DNA of 59,374 nucleotides, filler included. It is 5 parts of 5 records of this genome, joined end to end, with 100 filler letters (N's around TTAATTAATTAA, not from the genome) between each part and the next. Parts side by side here need not be neighbours in the genome. Positions count along the whole stretch, not along the records: positions 6,595 to 18,309 come from SRR22947727_3920; 4 more parts are not named here. One strand, given 5' to 3'. Of this stretch, positions 8,394-18,409 are shown piece by piece. The translations under genes and the position numbers were made by a program. The notes beneath the pieces were generated by a model. The model saw only the letters and a list, made by a program, of their open reading frames with translations, ran no database searches and was not told where the DNA came from. Every line of letters starts with the position of its first letter. Position 1 is the first letter of the stretch.

Positions 8394-9698
8394 ATGACAA
8401 ATCCAAATCATCCTAACGTCGATCAAAGTGATCGTGTTGTTCCAGTAAATCTAAGACAAAGTGGCAGAACACCCACTGAGTTATTGATCTCTACTCGAGT
8501 AAGAAAATCACCTTTTTGGCATCTATCTCATGAGGCTGGCTGTTGGAGAGCAACTGTATACAACCGTATTTATCATCCAAGGGGTTATGTAAGGCCTGAG
8601 GATGGAGGTGCTATGGTTGAATATGAAGCCTTAGTAAATAGAGTTACCATGTGGAATGTTGCGGTTGAAAGACAAATAAGGGTTAAAGGCCCAGATGCAG
8701 AGGCGTTTACAGATTATGTAATAACTCGCGACGCAACAAAAATTGAACCAGGCAATGGCAAATATGCAATTTTGTGCAATGAAAAAGGAGGAGTTCTAAA
8801 TGACCCTGTCTTATTAAGATTAACAGAAGATGAGTTTTGGTTTTCTATCTCAGACAGCGATCTTTTACTTTGGTTACAAGGCGTAAATGTATCTAAGAAA
8901 TATGATGTTGAAATCGATGAAATCGATGTTTGTCCTGTTCAAATTCAAGGTCCTTTATCTGAAGATCTTATGGCAAAGTTAGCAGGCGAAGAGTTAAGAG
9001 AAGTTCCTTATTATGGAATCTTAGAAACTCAAGTTGGCGGAGCTGATTGTGTTATTAGTCAAACAGGATTCACAGGTGAAAAAGGTTATGAAATATATGT
9101 ACGTGACGCTCACGATAATGCAGAAAAAATGTGGAATGCTGTTCTTGAAGCAGGTGAAGAATTTGGTCTTATGGTTATAGCACCTGCACATCATAGAAGA
9201 ATAGCAGCTGGTATCTTATCTTGGGGACAAGATTTAGATCATGAAACTTCACCTTTTCAAGTGAATTTAAGCTATCAAGTGCCAAGAAACAAAGCTGCTG
9301 ATTATATTGGTAAAGTGGAGCTTGAAAAACAAAGAGCAATAATTGATGAAGGAAAAGCTCCATTTAAAATGAAAATGGTTGGTTTAACTCTTGGTGGCAA
9401 AGAGATTACTGATTATGCACCTGATTTTTGGATAGTAACCAATACGAGTGGTGATGAGGTTGGTTATGTTACATCTCCTTGGTGGTCGCCTGAGTTAGAG
9501 ACAAATATTGCTCTTGCCTGGGTCCCATGGGAGGCTTCAGAGGTTGGAACAGAATATATGGTCAAATTGCCTGATGAATATGCTGAATCACCAGGTGTGG
9601 CTGTTAATGCCAGGATTGTTGATGTTCCTTTTAGAGAATCAGTAAACCCTAACAAAAGAGAAGTTCAAGCAGCAAAAGGTCTAGACTTCGCTGACTAA
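8394..9698 (+). CDS. GcvT/DmdA-family THF-dependent aminomethyl-/methyltransferase
   Basis: QIRVKGPDA, GGVLNDPVLLRL, QIQGP, SQTGFTGEKGYEI, GYVTSPWWSP..IALA; GGGAG RBS. Confidence 0.88.
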   Translation: MTNPNHPNVDQSDRVVPVNLRQSGRTPTELLISTRVRKSPFWHLSHEAGCWRATVYNRIYHPRGYVRPEDGGAMVEYEALVNRVTMWNVAVERQIRVKGPDAEAFTDYVITRDATKIEPGNGKYAILCNEKGGVLNDPVLLRLTEDEFWFSISDSDLLLWLQGVNVSKKYDVEIDEIDVCPVQIQGPLSEDLMAKLAGEELREVPYYGILETQVGGADCVISQTGFTGEKGYEIYVRDAHDNAEKMWNAVLEAGEEFGLMVIAPAHHRRIAAGILSWGQDLDHETSPFQVNLSYQVPRNKAADYIGKVELEKQRAIIDEGKAPFKMKMVGLTLGGKEITDYAPDFWIVTNTSGDEVGYVTSPWWSPELETNIALAWVPWEASEVGTEYMVKLPDEYAESPGVAVNARIVDVPFRESVNPNKREVQAAKGLDFAD

Positions 9699-9708
9699 TA
9701 ATCGTTTT

Positions 9709-9742
9709 TAAAGAATTGGGTCTACCAAGGCTCAGTTCTTTA
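9709..9742 (+). terminator. Stem-loop, probable intrinsic terminator
   Basis: TAAAGAATTGGGTC-TACCAA-GGCTCAGTTCTTTA inverted repeat with G-U pairs, just after the stop codon. Confidence 0.6.
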
Positions 9743-9797
9743 TATTAATCTTAATAATATGTTTCATTTTAATATTCTGCTATGGCAGAATAAATTT

Positions 9798-9872
9798 ATG
9801 AAAATATTAATTCCAATCCTCATCTTAGTCTTCTTATATTCTTGCAATATTCCGTTAGTTCCTTTTATCTAA
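9798..9872 (+). CDS. 24-aa lipoprotein-like microprotein
   Basis: MKILIPILILVFLYSCNIPLVPFI: basic N-terminus, hydrophobic core and lipobox-like LYSC. Confidence 0.5.
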   Translation: MKILIPILILVFLYSCNIPLVPFI

Positions 9873-9886
9873 TTATGTAGAACCCA

Positions 9887-10996
9887 ATGTTCTTTGATCT
9901 AACTATAATTGGTGCTGGTGTTATTGGCCTATCAATTGCTAAATCCTGTTCTGAGCTTGGGATGTCAGTTGTAGTCCTTGAAAAAGATCCAAGAGCAGGT
10001 GAGGGAATCTCTTCAAGAAACTCTGGAGTTATTCATGCTGGTATTTATTATCCAAATGAATCATTAAAAACCAAATTTTGCATTTCAGGGAATAAACGTC
10101 TCTATGATTATGCAAAAATTAAAGGCATTAATCACAACAGAATGGGCAAATTCATAATAGCATCCTCAAAAGACGAGTTAGAAAAATTAGAGAGAATATA
10201 TGAAAAAGGTATTTCAAATTCTGTCACTTTAGACTTTTTGACTAAAAATAAAATGAAATTAATCTACCCTGATTTGAACATTGAAGCAGGAATTTACTCG
10301 CCAAGCACTGGAATTATTGACGTGCCAGAGCTTATTAGTGCTATTGAGGGAGACATACAGAATAATCATGGCCTCATATCATTTAATACTAAATTTATTG
10401 AAGCACAAAAAACTACCAGCGGCTTTGAAGTTTCATGCAATGATGGAAATAATTTTTTAATAAATACTAAATATTTTGTTAATGCGAGCGGTTTATATTC
10501 AGATTTAATTTCACAACAAATCGATGTTTTAGACAAAAAGCATTTTTCATCAATCAAATATGCCAAAGGGCATTATTTTAAATATACCGGCTCTCATCCA
10601 TTTAAAAATTTAATTTATCCACTAGCAAGTGAGTCATCTTCAGGACTCCATATTGGTTTTGATTTATCTGGGCAGATCAGATTTGGCCCAAACATTTCAT
10701 GGGTTGATGATATCGATTATTCTTTTGATGAGTCCCTAAAAGATAATTTTGTAGAAGCAATAAAAAAATATTGGCCTGATATTGAACCAAAAAAACTTCA
10801 ACCAGACTATGTTGGAATAAGGCCTAAGATACAGAACAGAAATGAGAAAATGAAAGATTTTTCCATTATGGGCCCTAAAGACCATGGTGTAGATGGGCTA
10901 ATCAATATTCAAGGAATAGAGAGTCCAGGAGTAACAAGTTGCTTAGCTATAGGTGAATATGTAAAACATATGATTAACTTAACAAATGATGTTTAA
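9887..10996 (+). CDS. FAD-dependent oxidoreductase, L-2-hydroxyglutarate oxidase (LhgO)-like
   Basis: IIGAGVIG, SSRNSGVIHAGIYY, KGHYF, YVGIRPK, GIESPGVTS. Confidence 0.88.
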   Translation: MFFDLTIIGAGVIGLSIAKSCSELGMSVVVLEKDPRAGEGISSRNSGVIHAGIYYPNESLKTKFCISGNKRLYDYAKIKGINHNRMGKFIIASSKDELEKLERIYEKGISNSVTLDFLTKNKMKLIYPDLNIEAGIYSPSTGIIDVPELISAIEGDIQNNHGLISFNTKFIEAQKTTSGFEVSCNDGNNFLINTKYFVNASGLYSDLISQQIDVLDKKHFSSIKYAKGHYFKYTGSHPFKNLIYPLASESSSGLHIGFDLSGQIRFGPNISWVDDIDYSFDESLKDNFVEAIKKYWPDIEPKKLQPDYVGIRPKIQNRNEKMKDFSIMGPKDHGVDGLINIQGIESPGVTSCLAIGEYVKHMINLTNDV

Positions 10997-11879
10997 GCTT
11001 AGCTTTGAATTGATCAAGTATTTCTTCTTCAATAAGATGTCGCATATTCCTAATAATAACTAAATCACTTTTTGGTATAAGTTGGTGCATATATCGTGAA
11101 TTTTCAGCTGACAATACAGGATCTTGTTCCCCATGAATGATTAAAGTTTTTGCCTGAATACTTTTAATTTTTTTAATTCTATTTTTTGATGAAAGTATCG
11201 CCATTAGCTGACGAGCATAACCAAAACCATCTTTCATATCCTTAATTCTATTGAAATTATTAATGGTATCTTCTTTAAATTTAGGCGTATCAATTTCCTT
11301 ACCTTCCATCCCTATTAACCCAACCCATTTTAATTCTCTTTCATACACCTCATCCATAGTGGGATTAGTACTTTTAGATCTGCTTACCATCATATCTCGA
11401 ACCTCTTTTGAGGCTCCATTGTGGGGGCCTGGTACAGAAGCAGTAGAAGCAATTAAAGTATATGTTTTGACTCTTTGTGGATATTTTGCGCATATTATTT
11501 GACTAATCATTCCTCCCATGGACGTGCCTAGAATATGAGCTTCATCAATATTAAGATGATTAAGAAGATTTATTCCATCTCGAGCCATATCATTAAGACT
11601 ATATTCAGGTTTTATTGGGAAACGAAAAAAATATCTTAAATATCCTAAGGTTATAGAGGGCTTATAAAAAAATCTTGAAGATAATCCTGAATCTCTATTA
11701 TCAAATGTTATAGGCCTGAGACCGTTTTTGATAAGAAATTTAATAAGATGTTCAGGCCAGTGTACTAATTGAGCGCCTAATCCATGAACTAAAAGAATAG
11801 GGGTTGCCTCTTCTGGCCCATAGTCCCTATAAAAAATTTTGACTCCATTATTTTCTGAATACCCTTCTTTATAACTCAT
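10974..11879 (-). CDS. Alpha/beta hydrolase
   Basis: LLVHGLGAQ, FDNRDSGLS, GTSMGG nucleophile elbow, IHGEQDP. Start taken at MSYKEG. Confidence 0.9.
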   Translation of the reverse strand: MSYKEGYSENNGVKIFYRDYGPEEATPILLVHGLGAQLVHWPEHLIKFLIKNGLRPITFDNRDSGLSSRFFYKPSITLGYLRYFFRFPIKPEYSLNDMARDGINLLNHLNIDEAHILGTSMGGMISQIICAKYPQRVKTYTLIASTASVPGPHNGASKEVRDMMVSRSKSTNPTMDEVYERELKWVGLIGMEGKEIDTPKFKEDTINNFNRIKDMKDGFGYARQLMAILSSKNRIKKIKSIQAKTLIIHGEQDPVLSAENSRYMHQLIPKSDLVIIRNMRHLIEEEILDQFKAKLKHHLLS

Positions 11880-11965
11880 AAGCTTAGTCTTACATATTTT
11901 AGAAATGCAATACACTGCTTTTTCATATACATTAGATCTTAAATAATAAATACTCTATTTTTTCT

Positions 11966-13336
11966 ATGTTTCAGTTTATAAATTTAATACATTTTATTAA
12001 AGCAAATAAAATAAGAGTAGCTTATGGCATTGGTGATTATGCTATCTGTCTTTATTGGAGTGGAGTTAGCTTATATCTTCTTTATTTTTATACAGATGTT
12101 ATAGGAATTTCACCACTGATGGCAGGTTGGATTTATGCTTTAGGTATAGCTTGGGATGCAGTAACAGATCCTTTTATGGGTTATATGGCTGAAAGAACTA
12201 GAAGTAAAATGGGAAGTTATAGGCCATATATCTATTACGGATCAATACCTTTAGCATTATCTTTTGTTTTACTTTTATGGATGCCACCATTTGAAGGAAT
12301 AATTTTATTTATATTTTTACTGGTAGTAAATTTATTTCATAGAACTTGTTTTACTATTGTAAGTGTTCCTTATTCTTCATTAACTGCAAGAATAACAGAT
12401 GATAGTGATGAGAGAACAAAGCTAACCACTGCAAGGATGCTTGCAGCATCTTTTGGAACATTTTCGATCTCAGCATTAGCATTTCCAATTGTTTTATTAT
12501 TTGGTGGTGGTGAAGAGTCCTTGGGCTTTATTTACCTTGGTCTTATAGCTGGTATTGCAGCAATTATAATACTTGGAATTACTGTATATTTTGTTCAAGA
12601 AAGGCCATTTGAATTTACTAAAGAAGAATTACCAAGTTTTTCCAAAGTCTTAAAATCAGTATCAAGCAATTACCCATTCTGGATAGTTTTTTCTGCAATT
12701 TTAATCTTGATATCCACATACTTGATGTTTAATAATAATTTAATTTATTTTTCTAAATATGCTTTGGGATTCCATGAATACCAAGGTTTAATTCTGGGGG
12801 TTATTAGTGGAAGCACTTTATTAGCAATTCCCTTGTGGGCATATCTAGCAATTAAATTGGGAAAAAAAAATACTTGGATGTTATCTATGACATCTTTATT
12901 TATTGGATTTTCTATTTTTTATTTATATCCAATTTCTGAACTTAGGGAATTGCTATATATTTTAAGCTTTATTGGTTTTGGCAATGGTGCAACTGGGGTT
13001 CTGTTTTGGTCAATGTTGCCGGATACCATTGAATATGGAGAATGGAAGACAGGTATTAGAACAGAATCGTCTCTTTATGGCTTTATGACGTTTGCTCAAA
13101 AAGGCGCTATAGCATTTGCTGCAGTTATATTAGGAATAATATTAACCAATATAGGCTTTGAACCAAATCAGGATCAAACATCAGAAACCTTAGTTTCTTT
13201 AAAAGCCTTGATGTCATTAATTCCTCTTATAGGTGTGTTGATTAGTTTAGCTCTTGTATATTTTTATCCAATTGACAGAAACTTCCATCAAAAATTAATA
13301 GAAGATATAGAAAGTAGAAAGATTAAAAATGCCTAA
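11966..13336 (+). CDS. MFS glycoside-pentoside-hexuronide:cation symporter
   Basis: YFYTDVIG, WDAVTDPFMG..RSKMGSYRPY, MLPDTIEYGEWKTGIR. Confidence 0.92.
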   Translation: MFQFINLIHFIKANKIRVAYGIGDYAICLYWSGVSLYLLYFYTDVIGISPLMAGWIYALGIAWDAVTDPFMGYMAERTRSKMGSYRPYIYYGSIPLALSFVLLLWMPPFEGIILFIFLLVVNLFHRTCFTIVSVPYSSLTARITDDSDERTKLTTARMLAASFGTFSISALAFPIVLLFGGGEESLGFIYLGLIAGIAAIIILGITVYFVQERPFEFTKEELPSFSKVLKSVSSNYPFWIVFSAILILISTYLMFNNNLIYFSKYALGFHEYQGLILGVISGSTLLAIPLWAYLAIKLGKKNTWMLSMTSLFIGFSIFYLYPISELRELLYILSFIGFGNGATGVLFWSMLPDTIEYGEWKTGIRTESSLYGFMTFAQKGAIAFAAVILGIILTNIGFEPNQDQTSETLVSLKALMSLIPLIGVLISLALVYFYPIDRNFHQKLIEDIESRKIKNA

Positions 13337-15332
13337 AATTAAATGGGGAATTATTGGAACTGGCTCTATAGCAAATGCGTTTGCTCATTCAATTAAGTAC
13401 TGTGATCACTCTGAATTAGTTTCAGTCTTTGGAAGAAATAAAGACACCACGGATGAATTCTCAAAGAAATTTAGTATAGACACGCACCTTGATATTGAAT
13501 CATTATTGTTATCAAGTGAAATCAATGCTGTTTATATTGCTACTCCTCATAACTCTCATTATGAATATATTTTTCAAGCTATAAAAAATAAGAAGCATAT
13601 TCTTTGTGAAAAGCCTATAACAATGAATCATATTGAAAGTATGGTTTTATTTGGTCTTGCTAAAGATGCTGAAGTTTTTTTGATGGAAGCTTATATGTAC
13701 AGAACCCACCCTCAAACGAAAAATATTCTTAATAGCATCGAGATACTTAGAAGATCAGAAGAAAAAATATCTATTAATTGCTCATTTGGTTTTAAGGCTG
13801 AAATACCAGAGGACCATAGATTAAGAAATCCTATGATGGGGGGAGGAGCCATTTTAGATGTAGGGTGTTATCCATTATCTATGACTAAGCTATTAGTAGG
13901 TCATATCCTAGACAAACCATATGCTGATCCTAGAAGTATTAAAGCATCAGGAGAGTTAGATATAACAGGTGTTGATTTAAATTCTTCAGCGCATATTATT
14001 TTTACTGATAACATTCAGGCCAATATTTCATGCGCCATAAATGAAGAGTATGAAAATAACTTAGAGATTATCAGTGGTGACTTTAAATTAGAGGTTAGCC
14101 AGCCATGGCATTGCGGTCAATTTCAAGAAGGCCTATCTTCTATAAAAGTTTATAACAAAAATAATCTTATTGAAGAAGTTGCATTTAAAGATGATGTGGG
14201 GCTTTTTACAAGAGAAATTGACCATGCATCAAAATGTATATTAGATGGTAACCTTGAATCAGAGCTAATCTCCCACAATGACTCTCAAAGCATTATGTTA
14301 TGGCTAGACAAATGGAGACAGGAGATAGGAGTAGTTTGTCCATACGAGTCAAAAGATATCTCGCCTATGGTTAAATCAAATTTTTCATCAATACAGAAAA
14401 GGAGCTTAAAAAGCATTTCAGTAGATGGTATTGATAAAAAATTTTCAAAACTTGCTCTTGGCTGTGACAACCAAACTTCAGATATTCATGCTTATGCTAT
14501 GTTTGATTATTTTTACGGAGCTGGTGGAAGAATTTTCGATACTGCCTATATTTATAATAATGGTTTGGGTGATAAGTATTTGGGTGATTGGATTAATTCA
14601 AGAAATCTTCAGAGTGATGTTGTTATTATTGGAAAGGGTGCCCACACTCCAGACTGTAAACCTGAGTTTATAAAGCCACAAATAGAAGAATCATTAGATC
14701 GATTACAACTCTCAAAAATAGATATATATTGTCTTCATAGGGATAATGCTGACATTCCAGTGTCAGAATTTATTGATGCTCTCAATGAGATAAAAACCGA
14801 GGGCTTGATAAATACTATCGGCGCATCTAATTGGGAATTAGATCGTTTCTCAAGTGCCAGGGATTATGCATTAAAGAATAATAAAGAACCTTTTTCTGTT
14901 TTAAGCAATAATTTTAGCCTTGCGCAGATGATTGAACCAGTTTGGCCTGGATGCGTTGCAGTTAGTAATGAGTTTTTAGACTACATCAACAAGAATGAAA
15001 TTAAATTATTTCCTTGGTCAAGTACAGCAAGAGGTTTTTTCATTAGAAAAAAAGAAATCGTAACCAAAGAACATTTCTCCAATCCCTCATTAGAGGAAGA
15101 AAAAAGAGTCTGGCATAGCAGAAAGAATCTAAAAAGAAGAGATATTTGTTTTGAAATTGCAGAAAAGAAAAATGTAGAGCCTATAGAGATAGCTATTGCT
15201 TATGTGGTTCATAGATCACCATTAATATTTCCATTAATAGGCCCAAGAACAGTAAATGAATTAAATAGCTCCATCTTTGGTTCACAAATAAATCTTTCAG
15301 AAGAAGACCTAAATAGACTATCTATAAATTGA
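13329..15332 (+). CDS. Gfo/Idh/MocA oxidoreductase fused to an aldo/keto reductase
   Basis: N-terminal WGIIGTGSIA, ATPH, CEKP, GGGAILDVGCY. C-terminal FDTAYIY, KGAH, IDIYCLHRD, GASNW, IGPR. Confidence 0.9.
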   Translation: MPKIKWGIIGTGSIANAFAHSIKYCDHSELVSVFGRNKDTTDEFSKKFSIDTHLDIESLLLSSEINAVYIATPHNSHYEYIFQAIKNKKHILCEKPITMNHIESMVLFGLAKDAEVFLMEAYMYRTHPQTKNILNSIEILRRSEEKISINCSFGFKAEIPEDHRLRNPMMGGGAILDVGCYPLSMTKLLVGHILDKPYADPRSIKASGELDITGVDLNSSAHIIFTDNIQANISCAINEEYENNLEIISGDFKLEVSQPWHCGQFQEGLSSIKVYNKNNLIEEVAFKDDVGLFTREIDHASKCILDGNLESELISHNDSQSIMLWLDKWRQEIGVVCPYESKDISPMVKSNFSSIQKRSLKSISVDGIDKKFSKLALGCDNQTSDIHAYAMFDYFYGAGGRIFDTAYIYNNGLGDKYLGDWINSRNLQSDVVIIGKGAHTPDCKPEFIKPQIEESLDRLQLSKIDIYCLHRDNADIPVSEFIDALNEIKTEGLINTIGASNWELDRFSSARDYALKNNKEPFSVLSNNFSLAQMIEPVWPGCVAVSNEFLDYINKNEIKLFPWSSTARGFFIRKKEIVTKEHFSNPSLEEEKRVWHSRKNLKRRDICFEIAEKKNVEPIEIAIAYVVHRSPLIFPLIGPRTVNELNSSIFGSQINLSEEDLNRLSIN

Positions 15333-17745
15333 TATGATCTTTTAGCCTAATATCATTTGAAGACGACCCAATCAGAATTTCAAATTTACCTTTTTTGACC
15401 TGCCATTGACGCGTTTCAATATCCCATGTTGAAAAATTTCTTGAATCCAAGCATATTTCTATTTTTTTTGTTTCATCTGAATTTATAAAAGTTTTATCAA
15501 AACCTTGTAATTTTTTTATTGGCTCCTCATTACCACGGTCTGCAAAAGAGATATAACATTGAGATATTTCATATCCCGAATGATTCCCAGTATTTGTAAT
15601 ATCTAACGAAATTGTGAAATTATTTTCAGAGCTTTTGCTGATATGAAGATTTGAATATTTAAAATCAGTATAAGATAAGCCATGACCAAAATGGAACAAG
15701 GGCTCTATTTTATTTTTGTCATACCACTTATAGCCAACAAAAAGCTTTTCATCATAATTCATTTGTAAATTTTCTCCTGGATAGGATGCATACGCAGGAG
15801 TATCTTCAATATATTTTGGAAAAGTTGTTGGTAATTTGCCAGAGGGATTAACGAGGCCTGTTAAGATTTCAAAAAGAGCATTGCCGTATTCCTGTCCCGC
15901 ATACCAGGATTGAATAATTGACTTAGCTTTGTTTACCCATGGCATATTTACTGGAGAACCAGTATTTAGAACAACAACCGCATTAGGATTAATATCTAAA
16001 ACTTGTTCAATAAGTCTATTTTGATCTCCTGGTAAATTAAATTCATTTCTATCATTGCCCTCTGTTTCCCAATCCGAATTAGTTCCTACTAAGAGAATAA
16101 CTTCATCGACCTCTCTAGCAATATTTAGCGCTTCTTCAAGCAAATTAATTTTATCGGGTGGCTGACATCCAATATAAATAGCTGGAAAATTGCCTTCAAA
16201 TCTATAATGTATTTCTATCTGATATGAATTGCCTTTTTCTAAGCATGAAGTACCTCGTTTGGATGATGTGCCATGAGCAAAAAAAGCATCACCGGACAGG
16301 GGATTGCTCCAATTATCAATAATCTGTTTGTTATCGATTAGTAACTTGCTTTTTCCAATTGCAAAGATTTCAAAGTCATGCTCTCCAGATACATCAGGAG
16401 TATAAGTACATGAAAATTTAACTAGAATATCAGGGCTCTCTTGTTCTGCAATTACATCTTTAGCAAAACCTTCAAATATCCAAAATTTACTCCCTGTTAG
16501 GACTTTGCTAGAAATAAAATTATTACCCCCCTCTGAAATATCATAGTATTCGACTAAAAATCCATTTTCTTCTGTAAGTGTTTTATTTATTTCAGGAAGA
16601 TAGCGATATGTATGACAACCTTTTGCAGTTTTAATAATAGTTTTCTCACTGAAATTATTTTGAAACGAGCTTACAGGATGAGATTCGTAATAAGGAACAA
16701 GAGTAGCACTACCTCCCCCAATAATTTGTGCTTTTTCAGCATTAGGACCAATTACACCAATTGATTTTATATCTCTCCTCATTGGTAATATGCCATCATT
16801 TTTTAAGAGCACCATACCTTCTTGAGCAGCATCTTTAAGAATTTTTCTTTGTAATTTTGAGTCATTCTCACTTTCTTGTTTACGAATTGGATTTTCGAAC
16901 CTTTTACAGAAATCTATGACATTTAAAATTCTTTTAACTTTGTCATTAATGATTGTCACTGATACAGTTTTGTTATTTACAGCACTTATTAAATTTGCTC
17001 CCCAAGATTTAGCTGGACCCGGCATTTCCAGATCAAGTCCTCCATTAGCATTTTCAATAGTTTCTCTTGCAGCACCCCAATCACTAACTACATATCCATC
17101 AAAACCCCATTCGTCTTTTAAAACATCAATTAGAAGATTCTCATTAGAGCTGCAGTAAATATTATTAAGTTTGTTGTATGCACTCATAACAACCTTTGCA
17201 TTAGCTTCCTTGATAGCCATCTCAAATGGCAAAAGATAAACCTCTCTTAAAGTTTTCTCATCGATATTTGAACTTACAGTGTATCTTTCAAACTCGGTAT
17301 CATTCCCAACAAAATGTTTAAGGCATGCCGCAATATTCTTTGATTGGACTCCCTTTACATACTCAATTGCAATTTTTCCAGTTAAGAATGGATCCTCAGA
17401 AAAACATTCAAAATGTCTTCCTCCAAGAGGATGCCTATGAATATTTATTGTGGGACCCAATAGAACATCCACTCCTTTAATCTCTGCTTCAGCAGCTAAC
17501 TCTTCTCCTAATAAATTAATAAGATTCAAATTCCATGTAGATCCTATTGATATAGCGCATGGAAAACAGGCGGATGATTTTCCTGAGGTGCCATCTCCTC
17601 TAACGCCATTAGGACCATCAGACATTTTTATATTTGGTACTCCTAGCCTATGAATTTTGCTAGTTTGCCAAGCATCAAATCCACTTAATAAAAGTACTTT
17701 TTCTTCAAGAGTTAAATCTTCTATCAATTGATTTATGTTTGGCAT
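15322..17745 (-). CDS. GH3 beta-glucosidase with PA14-like insert and Fn3-like C-terminus
   Basis: SDGPNGVRG, GGRHFECFSEDP, KHF, VVSDW nucleophile, ETEGNDR, FGHGLSYT. Confidence 0.95.
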   Translation of the reverse strand: MPNINQLIEDLTLEEKVLLLSGFDAWQTSKIHRLGVPNIKMSDGPNGVRGDGTSGKSSACFPCAISIGSTWNLNLINLLGEELAAEAEIKGVDVLLGPTINIHRHPLGGRHFECFSEDPFLTGKIAIEYVKGVQSKNIAACLKHFVGNDTEFERYTVSSNIDEKTLREVYLLPFEMAIKEANAKVVMSAYNKLNNIYCSSNENLLIDVLKDEWGFDGYVVSDWGAARETIENANGGLDLEMPGPAKSWGANLISAVNNKTVSVTIINDKVKRILNVIDFCKRFENPIRKQESENDSKLQRKILKDAAQEGMVLLKNDGILPMRRDIKSIGVIGPNAEKAQIIGGGSATLVPYYESHPVSSFQNNFSEKTIIKTAKGCHTYRYLPEINKTLTEENGFLVEYYDISEGGNNFISSKVLTGSKFWIFEGFAKDVIAEQESPDILVKFSCTYTPDVSGEHDFEIFAIGKSKLLIDNKQIIDNWSNPLSGDAFFAHGTSSKRGTSCLEKGNSYQIEIHYRFEGNFPAIYIGCQPPDKINLLEEALNIAREVDEVILLVGTNSDWETEGNDRNEFNLPGDQNRLIEQVLDINPNAVVVLNTGSPVNMPWVNKAKSIIQSWYAGQEYGNALFEILTGLVNPSGKLPTTFPKYIEDTPAYASYPGENLQMNYDEKLFVGYKWYDKNKIEPLFHFGHGLSYTDFKYSNLHISKSSENNFTISLDITNTGNHSGYEISQCYISFADRGNEEPIKKLQGFDKTFINSDETKKIEICLDSRNFSTWDIETRQWQVKKGKFEILIGSSSNDIRLKDHINL

Positions 17746-17817
17746 GGTGGAATATTAAATGTTTAATATTAAATCCTCAATACACCTTTTCATTAAAATG
17801 CTGTTAGTATTGTCTTC

Positions 17818-18075
17818 ATGATAGAGAGAATAAAAAAATCAGTGATGCTTTTCAATGCTCCAATACAAAGAGTTTATGAGGCTAATAGAGGCACCATTAT
17901 TAGAACTATCATTTATACAATTGGTCACTTTATAATTGCCGCCTCATGCGTAATGTATTTTACTGGCGCAGACTTCTCTGCAGCTATAACAGATGCTATC
18001 GTTGAGCCACTTTTAAACAGTGTTTGGTATTTTGTTTTAGATAAATATTGGGCTAGCAAATACCCAAACAAATAA
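17818..18075 (+). CDS. Small membrane protein, DUF2061-like
   Basis: RTIIYTIGHFIIA..GA..A..VEP....WYF.LDK.W two-helix pattern. Confidence 0.65.
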   Translation: MIERIKKSVMLFNAPIQRVYEANRGTIIRTIIYTIGHFIIAASCVMYFTGADFSAAITDAIVEPLLNSVWYFVLDKYWASKYPNK

Positions 18076-18087
18076 AGAAAAAAATTC

Positions 18088-18116
18088 TTTACAAACATAT
18101 CATTACTGGTTAAATA
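18088..18116 (+). promoter_or_regulatory. Sigma70-like promoter upstream of the riboswitch
   Basis: TTTACA-N17-TAAATA; predicted start about 18122, immediately before the aptamer. Confidence 0.45.
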
Positions 18117-18122
18117 TATACA

Positions 18123-18173
18123 TATCGTGATTTGATCCTATTGCCGCGATGCAAAAAAAGAAGCTAAAACGGA
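18123..18173 (+). ncRNA. SAM-II riboswitch aptamer
   Basis: P1 UAUCG/CGAUG, conserved UGAUUU, UUGC pairing with GC(U)AA of GCUAAAA, and UCC/GGA; lies upstream of a homocysteine methyltransferase. Confidence 0.8.
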
Positions 18174-18240
18174 AGCAGCTCCCAGGGTTTAACTACGATT
18201 AAATTAATTAATAAGATATTCAAGTATTAAGGAGAGGATC

Positions 18241-18309
18241 ATGAAAAGAGGGTTAATAGAAAGATTGAATGAAGGCCCAGTAATTTGTGCTGAAGGTTTT
18301 TTATTTGAA
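18241..18309 (+). CDS. bhmT: Betaine-homocysteine S-methyltransferase, N-terminal fragment (contig end)
   Basis: MKRGLIERLNEGPVICAEGFLFE matches the BHMT N-terminus; AGGAGAGG RBS. Confidence 0.7.
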
Positions 18310-18409
18310 NNNNNNNNNNNNNNNNNNNNNNNNNNNNNNNNNNNNNNNNNNNNTTAATTAATTAANNNNNNNNNNNNNNNNNNNNNNNNNNNNNNNNNNN
18401 NNNNNNNNN
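18310..18409. other. Artificial contig spacer
   Basis: N44-TTAATTAATTAA-N44. Confidence 0.99.

Noticed and set aside
18174-18240. Second SAM aptamer (SAM-V) in tandem
   Set aside because: GGUUUAACUACGAUUAA and AAGUAUUAAGGAG only loosely resemble the motif, and I could not build P1 or the pseudoknot pairings.
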